From Arenicellales bacterium (GTDB taxonomy: Bacteria > Pseudomonadota > Gammaproteobacteria > Arenicellales > Poriferihabitantaceae): DNA of 64,000 nt. The position numbers and the translations under genes were made by a program. This document shows positions 9,581-18,331 of this stretch, one piece after another. Within the stretch, counting starts at the first letter, position 1, and every line of letters begins with the position of its first letter. The notes under the pieces are model-generated. The model did not search any database. It had not been told where the DNA came from and saw nothing but the letters and a program-made list of their open reading frames with translations. Where the stretch lies: NCBI GenBank assembly GCA_965116595.1, contig OZ220708.1, forward strand, positions 1,142,875 through 1,206,874, in the 5' to 3' direction.

Positions 9581-10716
9581 TGCTCCCCCTTCAGGACATT
9601 CTGGTGGTTTCCATCGAACAGGCGGTAGCGGCGCCGGTTTGTACCGCGAGATTATCCGAAGCGGGAGCGCGGGTGATAAAAATCGAACGGGAAACGGGAG
9701 ATTTTGCGCGCGGTTACGATAACGTGGCGGGCGGCGACAGCTCCTATTTTATCTGGACCAATCTCGGCAAGGAGTCCCTGACCCTGGATTTCAAGAATCG
9801 GGAAGATCAGAAGCTGCTGCATAAAATAATCGCCCAAGCCGACGTCTTCGTACAAAATCTGGCGCCCGGCGCCTTGCAACGGGCCGGATTTGGCAGCGAC
9901 GCGCTGCGCGCCCGCTACCCTCACCTGATCACCTGTGACATCACGGGATACGGCAACAATCCGGCAGTGCAGAACATGAAGGCTTATGATTTTCTGGTTC
10001 AGGCCGAGAGCGGGTTGGTCAGTATCAGTGGGGGTAAAAATGAATGTGGGAGAGTTGGTGTATCGATTTGCGATATCAATGCAGGAATGAATGCCCATGC
10101 CGGCATTCTTGAAGCCCTGATCCGGAAGATGAAAACCGGCGAGGGTTCGGGGATCGAGGTCTCACTGTTCGGCACGGCTGCAGACTGGATGACAGTTCCG
10201 CTTTTACACTATGACTATGGCGGCAAAGCCCCTGCCCGTGCAGGACTTAACCATCCCTCGATCGCACCTTATGGCGGCTATCGAACTGCCGATGGACAGA
10301 CGGTGATTGTCGCGGTCCAGAACCAGCGGGAGTGGGCAGGATTCTGCAAACAGGTACTGGGACGGGCAGAACTGGCGGACGACCCGCGTTTCATGGACAA
10401 TAGCCATCGTGTGAATCACCGCGATGAGATGGACAGGATCATTCTTTCGACAACTGAAGCGCTGACACGCGACGAACTGGTCGAAAAACTGGCGGGCGCG
10501 GATATCGCGTATGGCGCGGTTAACGACGTTGCCGGGCTGTCTGCTCATCCTGCATTGACCAGACGGTCCGGCCTCTCCAGCCAGGGAGAAGTCATTCACT
10601 TCCCGGCCCGACCGATTCAGCATAAAAACGGTCTGTCAAATCAGCGGGACCCGGGGAAACTGCAGGCGCCGCGCATCGGACAGCACAACCAGAGCATCCG
10701 CAGGGAGTTTGCCTGA
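9580..10716 (+). CDS. family III CoA-transferase (CaiB/BaiF/Frc family)
   Basis: The track ORF (9358..) has an out-of-context N-terminus overlapping the ACAD gene. The ATG at 9580 overlaps the ACAD stop (TGATG) and gives MLPLQDILVVSIEQAVAAPVCTARLSEAGARVIKIERETGDFAR, a typical family III N-terminus of about 379 aa. Confidence 0.85.
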   Translation: MLPLQDILVVSIEQAVAAPVCTARLSEAGARVIKIERETGDFARGYDNVAGGDSSYFIWTNLGKESLTLDFKNREDQKLLHKIIAQADVFVQNLAPGALQRAGFGSDALRARYPHLITCDITGYGNNPAVQNMKAYDFLVQAESGLVSISGGKNECGRVGVSICDINAGMNAHAGILEALIRKMKTGEGSGIEVSLFGTAADWMTVPLLHYDYGGKAPARAGLNHPSIAPYGGYRTADGQTVIVAVQNQREWAGFCKQVLGRAELADDPRFMDNSHRVNHRDEMDRIILSTTEALTRDELVEKLAGADIAYGAVNDVAGLSAHPALTRRSGLSSQGEVIHFPARPIQHKNGLSNQRDPGKLQAPRIGQHNQSIRREFA

Positions 10717-10719
10717 TTC

Positions 10720-11598
10720 ATGGAGACCGGATCACCAACGCTGACCCTGGACCCGGAAATCCTCAATCAATGGATCGGTCAATGCCGGGAAACCCGGGAT
10801 CGTATCGATGCCCGGCCCGCCAATTTCCTGAAAGAAACCCTGAACCAGGACGGGCGGGACTATCGGAAAGGCGACATTCTCCCGCCAGGCTGGCACTGGA
10901 TGTACTTTCTACAAACGCAGCGACTCGATCAACTCGGCGGCGACGGTCATGCTCCACTCGGCGATTTCATGCCACCGGTGGCGCTGCCGCAAAGGATGTG
11001 GGCAGGGTCGCGACTGAAGTTTCACAGCCCGCTGGTCATTGGCGAGAAAATCTTCAAAACTTCCACGATCAACAGTATCACCAGAAAATCCGGCAGCACC
11101 GGCGACCTGTGTTTTGTCATCATACGGCATCGGTTTTTTTCAGGATCAACATTAAAACTCGAGGAAGGGCAGAATATTGTCTATCGCAGAAATGCGCCTC
11201 CGGGAGCGCCGGCAAAACCTCATATCCCCGCCCCGCGCGATGCCGACTACTCCGTCACCATCCAGCCCACCAGCATCCTGCTGTTTCGTTATTCCGCGCT
11301 CACCTTCAACAGCCATCGAATTCATTATGACCTGGATTATTGTCGGCGGGTCGAAGATTTTCCCGCTCTGGTGGTGCACGGGCCACTGGTCGCCACCCTG
11401 ATGTTGAAAGCAGCACAGACCCGTGATAAATACAGAATCGACCATAACCTGGGTGAATTCAATTTCAAAGCGCTCAGCCCGCTGTTCAGTGACCACGATT
11501 TTTCAATTCACCTTAAGGAGCACAATGACCACTGCGAAATCTGGGCCACCAATCCGAATGGAAATCTGGCGATGAGCGCGACCCTTACCCTGAATTAA
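10720..11598 (+). CDS. MaoC-like (R)-specific enoyl-CoA hydratase/dehydratase, double hot-dog
   Basis: 292-aa ORF starting 4 nt after the CoA-transferase stop. The C-terminal half has the MaoC-type string HRIHYDLDYCRRVEDFPALVVHGPLVATLM. The N-terminal half looks like a second, degenerate hot-dog domain. Confidence 0.75.
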   Translation: METGSPTLTLDPEILNQWIGQCRETRDRIDARPANFLKETLNQDGRDYRKGDILPPGWHWMYFLQTQRLDQLGGDGHAPLGDFMPPVALPQRMWAGSRLKFHSPLVIGEKIFKTSTINSITRKSGSTGDLCFVIIRHRFFSGSTLKLEEGQNIVYRRNAPPGAPAKPHIPAPRDADYSVTIQPTSILLFRYSALTFNSHRIHYDLDYCRRVEDFPALVVHGPLVATLMLKAAQTRDKYRIDHNLGEFNFKALSPLFSDHDFSIHLKEHNDHCEIWATNPNGNLAMSATLTLN

Positions 11599-11659
11599 CT
11601 CCGCGAGTTAACTCCGCCCGGTCACCGGATGTCGGCAATTTTTGTGACGCCAAACCTCC

Positions 11660-12376
11660 TTAAGTACGGCACAGGTCCATGAAATTATCGTAAAGCTGTC
11701 TGGCATTGCGGGCAAATGAATCCATACTGGCATCGCTGTGCGCCTTGATATCCGTAAGGCCGGTCGGCCCCAGGGAATTTTCCAGCGCCTGCCGGTATGC
11801 TGGAATCGCGCCCCAGTTGCTGACCGTGTCCGGCTCGATTTCGACATGATACTGCATTGACCACGCTTTATCGCCTACCCGCATCGCCTGTACACGGCAA
11901 ATTTCGGAAGAAGCCAGAACGGTCGTGTTTTCCGGTGGCTGGGCAACACAAACCGAATGCCATTGCAGACATTTCTGGGTGACCGGCATTTTCGCGAAAA
12001 TCGGGTCTGACTCACCTTCTTCAGTCAATTCCACCTCCATCACGCCAATCTCAGGGGGATTTTGCGGCCCACAAGTGCCACCGAGTGCATCCGCGAGAAG
12101 CTGATGCCCCAGACACAGTCCGAGATAAGGTCGCTTTAATTCGTTAACCCATTTTCGAATTGCCAGTTTCTCGGCAATCATCCATGGATTCTGATCTACA
12201 TCCCATACATCCATCGGGCCGCCCATCACCCATAGCGCATCATATCGCTCCAGTGCAGGTATCGAATCACCCGCGTCCAATTCAACGGCATGCCACTCGA
12301 TACCATCCTCTTTGAGAAAATCTCTCAATATGCCGGGATGTTCACAATCTATATGTTGGAAAACCAGGAGATTCAT
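11660..12376 (-). CDS. class I glutamine amidotransferase (GuaA-N/GATase1-like)
   Basis: 238-aa ORF with the nucleophile elbow LGLCLGHQLL and a downstream QYHVE (His/Glu of the triad). Confidence 0.8.
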   Translation of the reverse strand: MNLLVFQHIDCEHPGILRDFLKEDGIEWHAVELDAGDSIPALERYDALWVMGGPMDVWDVDQNPWMIAEKLAIRKWVNELKRPYLGLCLGHQLLADALGGTCGPQNPPEIGVMEVELTEEGESDPIFAKMPVTQKCLQWHSVCVAQPPENTTVLASSEICRVQAMRVGDKAWSMQYHVEIEPDTVSNWGAIPAYRQALENSLGPTGLTDIKAHSDASMDSFARNARQLYDNFMDLCRT

Positions 12377-12443
12377 TTTTCAGGCCAGGAGAATACAAGC
12401 CACTGGAGTATACCCGGTTAAAGCATCAAACTATAATATAATC

Positions 12444-12470
12444 CAGGATGTCAGCAGTGCTGACATCCTG
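12444..12470. promoter_or_regulatory. perfect 27-bp palindrome (13+1+13), candidate operator or 5'-UTR hairpin
   Basis: CAGGATGTCAGCA-G-TGCTGACATCCTG, read directly. It lies in the 120-nt divergent region between the GATase and deoxyribosyltransferase genes, immediately downstream of overlapping TATAAT hexamers at 12432-12442. Confidence 0.5.
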
Positions 12471-12496
12471 ACTCTGATCAAAGGAACATTACCGAC

Positions 12497-12964
12497 ATGA
12501 CATCCAAAAAAACCCTGTATCTGGCAAACCCGTATGGCTTCTCTGCACAGCAGCGCACGGGACCGCTGCAAGATCTTATCGCAGCCCTGGAGTCGGTCGG
12601 CGCCGAAGTCTGGGAACCGTTTGAGCGTAACAACCAAAGCGGCCTGACGAGTGCAGGGGCTTTCTACCAGATCGGTCAGGCTGACCTGTGTGATGTACGC
12701 GATTCAGATGGAATATTCGCGATAGTCAACGGCTGTCCCCCGGACGAAGGTGTGATGGTGGAACTTGGTATGGCGATCGCCTGGCAAAAACCGGTGTTCC
12801 TGTTCCGTGATGATTTCCGCCGATGCACCGACAGTGAGGCCTACCCGCTCAATCTGATGCTGTTTACCGGTCTGCCGGAACACGGCTGGGAGAATGCCTG
12901 GTACAGCTCGGTTGACCAGATTGCTGATCCCGACAAGGCGCTGGCTCAATGGTTGAAGGGTTGA
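12497..12964 (+). CDS. nucleoside 2-deoxyribosyltransferase family protein
   Basis: 155-aa ORF. The strings LYLANPYGFS and DGIFAIVNGCPPDEGVMVELGMA (catalytic Glu context) are typical of the family. Confidence 0.7.
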   Translation: MTSKKTLYLANPYGFSAQQRTGPLQDLIAALESVGAEVWEPFERNNQSGLTSAGAFYQIGQADLCDVRDSDGIFAIVNGCPPDEGVMVELGMAIAWQKPVFLFRDDFRRCTDSEAYPLNLMLFTGLPEHGWENAWYSSVDQIADPDKALAQWLKG

Positions 12965-12968
12965 CGAG

Positions 12969-13880
12969 CTACCTGGCTGCGATTTCTTCCAGCTTTTTCG
13001 CTCTGATCACCTGACCATTCAGACCGGCTTCTTTGGCAGTACCACCGTAAGCTACAGTCATCAACTGGCTGTAATAAACTACTGGCATGTTGAATTTCGT
13101 GTTGTAGGTCTTGTTGATCTGCTCCTGATAAACCTCGACATTCATCTGGCAGACCGGGCAGGGGGTAACGATCATATCGGCGTCATGGTCGTAGGCCGAT
13201 TCAACAATTTCCTTTATCTGAACCTGACTCTTCTCGGGCTCCGAGAAGGCCAGCGCACCGCCACAACAGGTGACTTTTTGCTCATATTTGTCTGCTGCTT
13301 CGGCGCCCATGGTCTCGACCATTTTATCCAGATACATGGGATTCTCGAATGACTCGCCATCAATTCCAAACGGACGGTTTGTCTGACATCCGACATAGCC
13401 TGCTATTTTCAACCCATCCAGTGGCTTTTCAACGGGGGCCTCAAGCTCATCGTAACCGAAATCCTCAATCAGCACTTCCACCATATGACGAACCCCCCTG
13501 GCAGTATCTTTGGTGATATCCACCTTGAGGCCCGCGTCGGCCAGAATGTTCTGTGTATCTGCCAGCAGTTGATCCGATTTTGACAATCGCTCCACCGACT
13601 CCTTGGCGCCGATCCAGCATGCGGCACAGGTGGCGACGATATCCTGACCGGTATTGTGTTGCTGGGACAGGGCAATGTTTCTCGCATTCATCACATGACG
13701 AGGCAACTCCCCGCCTTCTCCATAGCCAATCGATGCACCACAACAATTCCAGTCGGGAATTTCGTTCAGCTTGATATCCAGGGTCTTGCACATCGATTCC
13801 ACCGATACCATGTAGTTGGATGCCGATGAATATCGTTCTGACGAACAGCCCGGGTAAAACGAATATTCTTTTCTAGCCAT
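12969..13880 (-). CDS. hdrB: heterodisulfide reductase subunit B-like protein (two CCG domains)
   Basis: 303-aa ORF with FYPGCS, NCCGAS and a second TCCGGA motif, all hallmarks of the HdrB CCG domain. Confidence 0.85.
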   Translation of the reverse strand: MARKEYSFYPGCSSERYSSASNYMVSVESMCKTLDIKLNEIPDWNCCGASIGYGEGGELPRHVMNARNIALSQQHNTGQDIVATCAACWIGAKESVERLSKSDQLLADTQNILADAGLKVDITKDTARGVRHMVEVLIEDFGYDELEAPVEKPLDGLKIAGYVGCQTNRPFGIDGESFENPMYLDKMVETMGAEAADKYEQKVTCCGGALAFSEPEKSQVQIKEIVESAYDHDADMIVTPCPVCQMNVEVYQEQINKTYNTKFNMPVVYYSQLMTVAYGGTAKEAGLNGQVIRAKKLEEIAAR

Positions 13881-13896
13881 TTGAATTTAATCTCAC

Positions 13897-14535
13897 CTAA
13901 TTGTATCCCTTACGTTTATCCTCAATCTCGTAAGCCTTTTTAAGCATCTGCTGAAGCTGGGATTTCTGCTTTATACCTCCTGACAAGAAAAATTTGAAAG
14001 GATTGAGGCGCCTGGTCAACAGCATTCCGAGACCTACGTTTCGCATCGCGAAGGAATTCCTGACTCCTTGTCGGAAACCGTTCATGAAATACAGCTTGAT
14101 TGACATGCGGGTTTCATTTACCCGACCTGTGACGCTGATATTATCCCAGAAAATTTTTGCAAACCGTTTTGTCGGGTTCATTTTGGGCGCCAGCCCGAGT
14201 CGATTGGCATAATTCGCCAGGCCATGCATGATATGGGTAATCGGCAGGCCTCGCGGACAACGCATAATACAGTTGTAACAGGAAGTACACATCCACATTG
14301 ACCCACTGCCGAGCACCTCTTCCCTCTGTCCTGCACGGATCATCATGAACAATTCCTGCGGGGGGTGGTCCCAGGCATTACCCAATGGACAGGAACCTGA
14401 GCAGACACCGCACTGCATGCACATCTTCACCCAGTCCCCGTCCTCTACATTGGCCTCGACTTCCTTTAAGAAACTGTTTCGATATTTCTCGATCATCGCC
14501 GCGTTGGCAACGGATGGCGCTGTAGCGGTATTCAT
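13897..14535 (-). CDS. hdrC: heterodisulfide reductase subunit C-like 2x[4Fe-4S] protein
   Basis: 212-aa ORF with the cluster motifs CMQCGVCSGSCP and CTSCYNCIMRCP. Confidence 0.8.
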   Translation of the reverse strand: MNTATAPSVANAAMIEKYRNSFLKEVEANVEDGDWVKMCMQCGVCSGSCPLGNAWDHPPQELFMMIRAGQREEVLGSGSMWMCTSCYNCIMRCPRGLPITHIMHGLANYANRLGLAPKMNPTKRFAKIFWDNISVTGRVNETRMSIKLYFMNGFRQGVRNSFAMRNVGLGMLLTRRLNPFKFFLSGGIKQKSQLQQMLKKAYEIEDKRKGYN

Positions 14536-14539
14536 GTTA

Positions 14540-16780
14540 CTAAAAACCCTTGAATGGATTCATACCGATTTCGTCAATTCGCGCTGCGTATTCATTAATC
14601 AGTTGAGGCACACGATCAATATCGGTAATTTCAATTTCATACGTCCGAACCCGATCGGATTCAAGCTGCAACTGGGCAAGGGTATCATCGACCTTGCTCA
14701 TGCGCTCGTGGGCAAGTGTCGAACCACCGACGAAATGACACTGATAGTCCTCGCCTTTTTTGCAGCCCATCAGCATGATACCATCAAATCCTGAATTCAG
14801 CGCATCCGTTACCCAGATTAGATTGACCGAGCCTAAGCAACGAATCGGCACAACACGCACAAATGCGTTGTATTCAATACGATTGTGGCCCGCCATGTCC
14901 AATGCCGGGTAGGCGTCATTTTCACAAGCCAGAATCAGAATTCTCGGTTTTTCATCAAATTCGTCCGGCATATCTATAATTTTGATTTGCTGTCCTACGG
15001 TATCAACTGAATAGTTTTCAAAGGAAATTACCCGAACAGGGCAAGCGCCCATGCATGTGCCGCATCGTCGGCAGCGGGATTCATTGAATACGGGGTAGCC
15101 GGCCTGGTCTTCATCAATAGCGCCAAACGGGCATTCGACGGTACAGCGTTTGCATTGTGTACAGCCTTCACGACGAAACGAAGGGTAAGATAAATCTCCC
15201 GATCTCGGATGAGCCGCACGACCCACTGCAGCTCCTTCCACTGCCTGTATGGCTTTCATCGCCGCTCCAGTGGCATCTTCAACAGACTGAACGATGTCCA
15301 TTGGTCGGCGAACCGGGCCACAGGTATAGATACCGGTTCGACGGGTTTCATAAGGGAAGCAGATAAAATGCGAATCACTGAAACCATGTTTCAGGTGAGG
15401 CATGTCCGGTCCCTGTCGATAATCGAGATTCAGGATTGAATCGACATTCACCTTGACCTGGCCCGTGTCAGTCGCGGTTTCGGCAGGGGCACTGATATCG
15501 ATCCCGGAATTTGGTACCTGTCCGGTTGCCAGAACCACCAGATCTGCCTGGACAGTCACCTCCTGATCAAGAATAAAATCCTGCAGTACCACATTGAGCT
15601 GTTCTGGATCGGATAGATCTGAAGCTTTGCTCACTGAATGGACAGCGCCGTTGGTAAAGATGACCCCTTTCAGTTGTGCAGACCGGTAGAAGTCTTCGCC
15701 ATTTCCGGGTACACGCAGGTCGCTGTAAATTACATTGGTCTCGACATCGGGATTCTGATCCTTGAAATACATCGCCTGCTTGATGCTGACGTTACAACAA
15801 TAACCGGAACAGTAGGGCAGATGCCCCTGCTTGTCCGAGCGTTGACCGGCACACTGAACAAATACCACACTCTCGACCGGCTTGCCATCAGAAGGCCGCG
15901 TGATCGCTCTGCCATCAGCGGTGCGGGCCAGGGCCTCAAGTTCGGTCTGATCTACCACATTGGCAGTCTGACCATAACTGAATTCGGGTAATTGATTGGC
16001 ATCATAGCGGGTGAAGCCGCTGGCCTGAACGATGGCGCCAACATTTTCAGTGCTGGTTGATCCGCTTTCCATGGAAATATCCACAGTGAACTGTCCGGGT
16101 GAACCGCTGGTCCGGGTGACCGTGGCATTCACAAAGACCGTGATATTGATCGCGGTTTCAACCTGACTGATCAATTCCTCAACAGGGTTGATCTGTGGAT
16201 GTGCATGGGGCTCCCTGGAAGGCAATACACGATGGAAATCCTTCACCCACCCTCCCAGAACGGTCTTTTTCTCGACCAGTAACACCTCGTAATCCGCTTT
16301 GGCCGCTTCAAGTGCAACGGTGATGCCGCTGATGCCGCCGCCGACAACCAGTATCCGTTTGTTGGCGCCGCGCGTGGGATTGGAAAAGGGCTGTTTCATG
16401 TATTTGGCTTCGGTACATGCCATGCGCACATAGTCGTCAGCCATATCCTGGGTCAACTCCCTGGCCTCCGGTGTATCCGGCTGACTCCAGATCACCCCCT
16501 CACGCAGATTCGCCCTGGCAATGGCGACATCTTCCATATTGAATGCTTCGGTTTTTGCCCGTCTGGAACAAGCCCCCAATACAACGTGGGTAATATCCTG
16601 CTCTTCGATATCCCGGCGAATCAATGACAGCCCATCGCTGCTGCATAAATAGTCATGTGATCTGGAAATGTCGGCGCCGCACTCTGACCCGGCAACTTTC
16701 ACCAGTTGGTCGGTATCCAGTCGCTCTCCAAGACCACAGCCCTTGCAGATATACGCTGCTGTTTTTATTCCGTTCGACAT
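14540..16780 (-). CDS. qmoB: QmoB-like flavoprotein: HdrA-like domain fused to a C-terminal MvhD-like domain
   Basis: 746-aa ORF. It has the FAD motif ILVVGGGISGITVALEAA, ferredoxin-type CxxCxxCxxxCP motifs, and a C-terminus (ILILACENDAYPALD...CLGSVN...MLMGCKKGEDYQCHF) like the methyl-viologen-reducing hydrogenase delta subunit. Size and architecture match QmoB. Confidence 0.8.
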   Translation of the reverse strand: MSNGIKTAAYICKGCGLGERLDTDQLVKVAGSECGADISRSHDYLCSSDGLSLIRRDIEEQDITHVVLGACSRRAKTEAFNMEDVAIARANLREGVIWSQPDTPEARELTQDMADDYVRMACTEAKYMKQPFSNPTRGANKRILVVGGGISGITVALEAAKADYEVLLVEKKTVLGGWVKDFHRVLPSREPHAHPQINPVEELISQVETAINITVFVNATVTRTSGSPGQFTVDISMESGSTSTENVGAIVQASGFTRYDANQLPEFSYGQTANVVDQTELEALARTADGRAITRPSDGKPVESVVFVQCAGQRSDKQGHLPYCSGYCCNVSIKQAMYFKDQNPDVETNVIYSDLRVPGNGEDFYRSAQLKGVIFTNGAVHSVSKASDLSDPEQLNVVLQDFILDQEVTVQADLVVLATGQVPNSGIDISAPAETATDTGQVKVNVDSILNLDYRQGPDMPHLKHGFSDSHFICFPYETRRTGIYTCGPVRRPMDIVQSVEDATGAAMKAIQAVEGAAVGRAAHPRSGDLSYPSFRREGCTQCKRCTVECPFGAIDEDQAGYPVFNESRCRRCGTCMGACPVRVISFENYSVDTVGQQIKIIDMPDEFDEKPRILILACENDAYPALDMAGHNRIEYNAFVRVVPIRCLGSVNLIWVTDALNSGFDGIMLMGCKKGEDYQCHFVGGSTLAHERMSKVDDTLAQLQLESDRVRTYEIEITDIDRVPQLINEYAARIDEIGMNPFKGF

Positions 16781-16785
16781 TTGTG

Positions 16786-18078
16786 TTATGCAGCTACTTT
16801 ATTGATAACCTGGATAGCACGAAGCGCAGCAGCGGTTGCACTTTGCACAGATCTGTTCACATCCAGGGGGTTGGTTGCGCAACCGGCGCCAAAAACACCT
16901 CCGTTAGCAGGGTCCAGTTCGATAAATCCGCTGGTATCCATGCTCAGACCATGCTCGGTGTTGATCACCGAAGCGATATCGAGATTCGGCTCCATCCCGA
17001 CTGCCAGCACCACCAGATCGTGGGTATTTTCGTATCGACTGTAGCCATGGGTGTCCACGCCTGTCAGAACAGGCTTGCCGGTTCCTGGATCCCTGGCAAT
17101 GCTGGCGACCTTGGATTTGATAAAATGTACTTTTTCATCCGCACGCACTTTCTTCTCAAAATCTTCAAACCGGTCGATAGTGCGAATATCGATATAGTAA
17201 ATCGTCGCCCTGGCGCTTTCATCGCTGCCAAACTGTTCACCGATATAGGTGCTTTGTTTCAATGAAGCCATGCAGCAGATTCTCGAACAATGTGACAAGT
17301 GGTTTCGATCACGCGAACCGGCGCATTGAATAAAGGCGATGTCCTTCGCAGGCTCCCCATTAGAAGGTCTGATCAGTTTTCCGCCAGTCGGACCATAAGG
17401 GTCCATCATCCTTTCGAGTTCGACACTGGTAATTACATCTTCATACTGCCCATAGCCATAGGGTTCTATACGGGCGGCATCATAGGGTCGCCAGCCGGTT
17501 GCAAATACGACCGCGCCACATTTGATGTCAATCGTCTGTTCCTGCATTTCCAGATCAATCGCATCTACCGGGCAGGCGGCTTTGGCCTTCTCGCCCTGTT
17601 CACTGTCGACGATAGACGGATCAAGGACATAGCGTTGGGGATAAGCTGTATTGTGGGGCAGGTAGGCTGCCTTGATTTTGCTTAGTCCATAATTGTGAGG
17701 ATCGTCAATTTGCGCATCCACCGCTTTTGAACAGGCGCCGCAAGCCGTGCAGTTTTCCTTCACATAGCGAGGGCGAAGCCTGATAGTCGCAGTATAATTT
17801 CCAGAATTTCCGTTCAGGGTTTCCACTTCCGCCATGGTCAGAATCCGTAAGCGTTTGTTTGCCTTGATCCTCCGGAAATTGATTTCCTGCCCGCAACTCG
17901 GACGGCAAAGCTTGGGGAAGTATTTGTAGAGCTGGGAGACCCGTCCACCGAGGGCAGGATTTTTCTCGACCAGGATGACATCCTTTCCGCATTCAGCAGC
18001 TTCGAGGGCAGTGGTGATGCCACTGATTCCGCCGCCGACAACCAGAATAGTTTCATTTGTGGCAATGATATCGTTCAT
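16786..18078 (-). CDS. qmoA: QmoA-like HdrA-family flavoprotein
   Basis: 430-aa ORF with ILVVGGGISGITTALEAAECG, YFPKLCRPSCGQEINFRRIK and IQCAGSRD. These are typical of the QmoA/HdrA family, and the stop lies 5 nt upstream of qmoB. Confidence 0.8.
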   Translation of the reverse strand: MNDIIATNETILVVGGGISGITTALEAAECGKDVILVEKNPALGGRVSQLYKYFPKLCRPSCGQEINFRRIKANKRLRILTMAEVETLNGNSGNYTATIRLRPRYVKENCTACGACSKAVDAQIDDPHNYGLSKIKAAYLPHNTAYPQRYVLDPSIVDSEQGEKAKAACPVDAIDLEMQEQTIDIKCGAVVFATGWRPYDAARIEPYGYGQYEDVITSVELERMMDPYGPTGGKLIRPSNGEPAKDIAFIQCAGSRDRNHLSHCSRICCMASLKQSTYIGEQFGSDESARATIYYIDIRTIDRFEDFEKKVRADEKVHFIKSKVASIARDPGTGKPVLTGVDTHGYSRYENTHDLVVLAVGMEPNLDIASVINTEHGLSMDTSGFIELDPANGGVFGAGCATNPLDVNRSVQSATAAALRAIQVINKVAA

Positions 18079-18331
18079 GCTGTGGTTGCTTAGCCTGATC
18101 CCGGGCGTATTGTTGCAACCCTTGACTATACGAGTTTCTTATATATTAGGCCAGTATCTGGCTTGCCTTTTCCAACAAATATTTCCAATACAGCAATAGA
18201 ACATGTTTATTTCCATCATTCAAAGACGGGAATTTGATACACTTGCCTTCACTCCTGCAAATATGGCCGAAAACAAGCCGGGCGCCCCTTCCTGGAAGAC
18301 CCGCAATCAACAAACCAGATCCCTGTAATAT

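Noticed and set aside
11595-11617. A tandem 10-nt direct repeat, TTAACTCCGC-gag-TTAACTCCGC, overlapping the MaoC gene stop codon.
   Set aside because: It is very short, has only two copies, and has no associated structure or gene. It is most likely a chance or slippage duplication.
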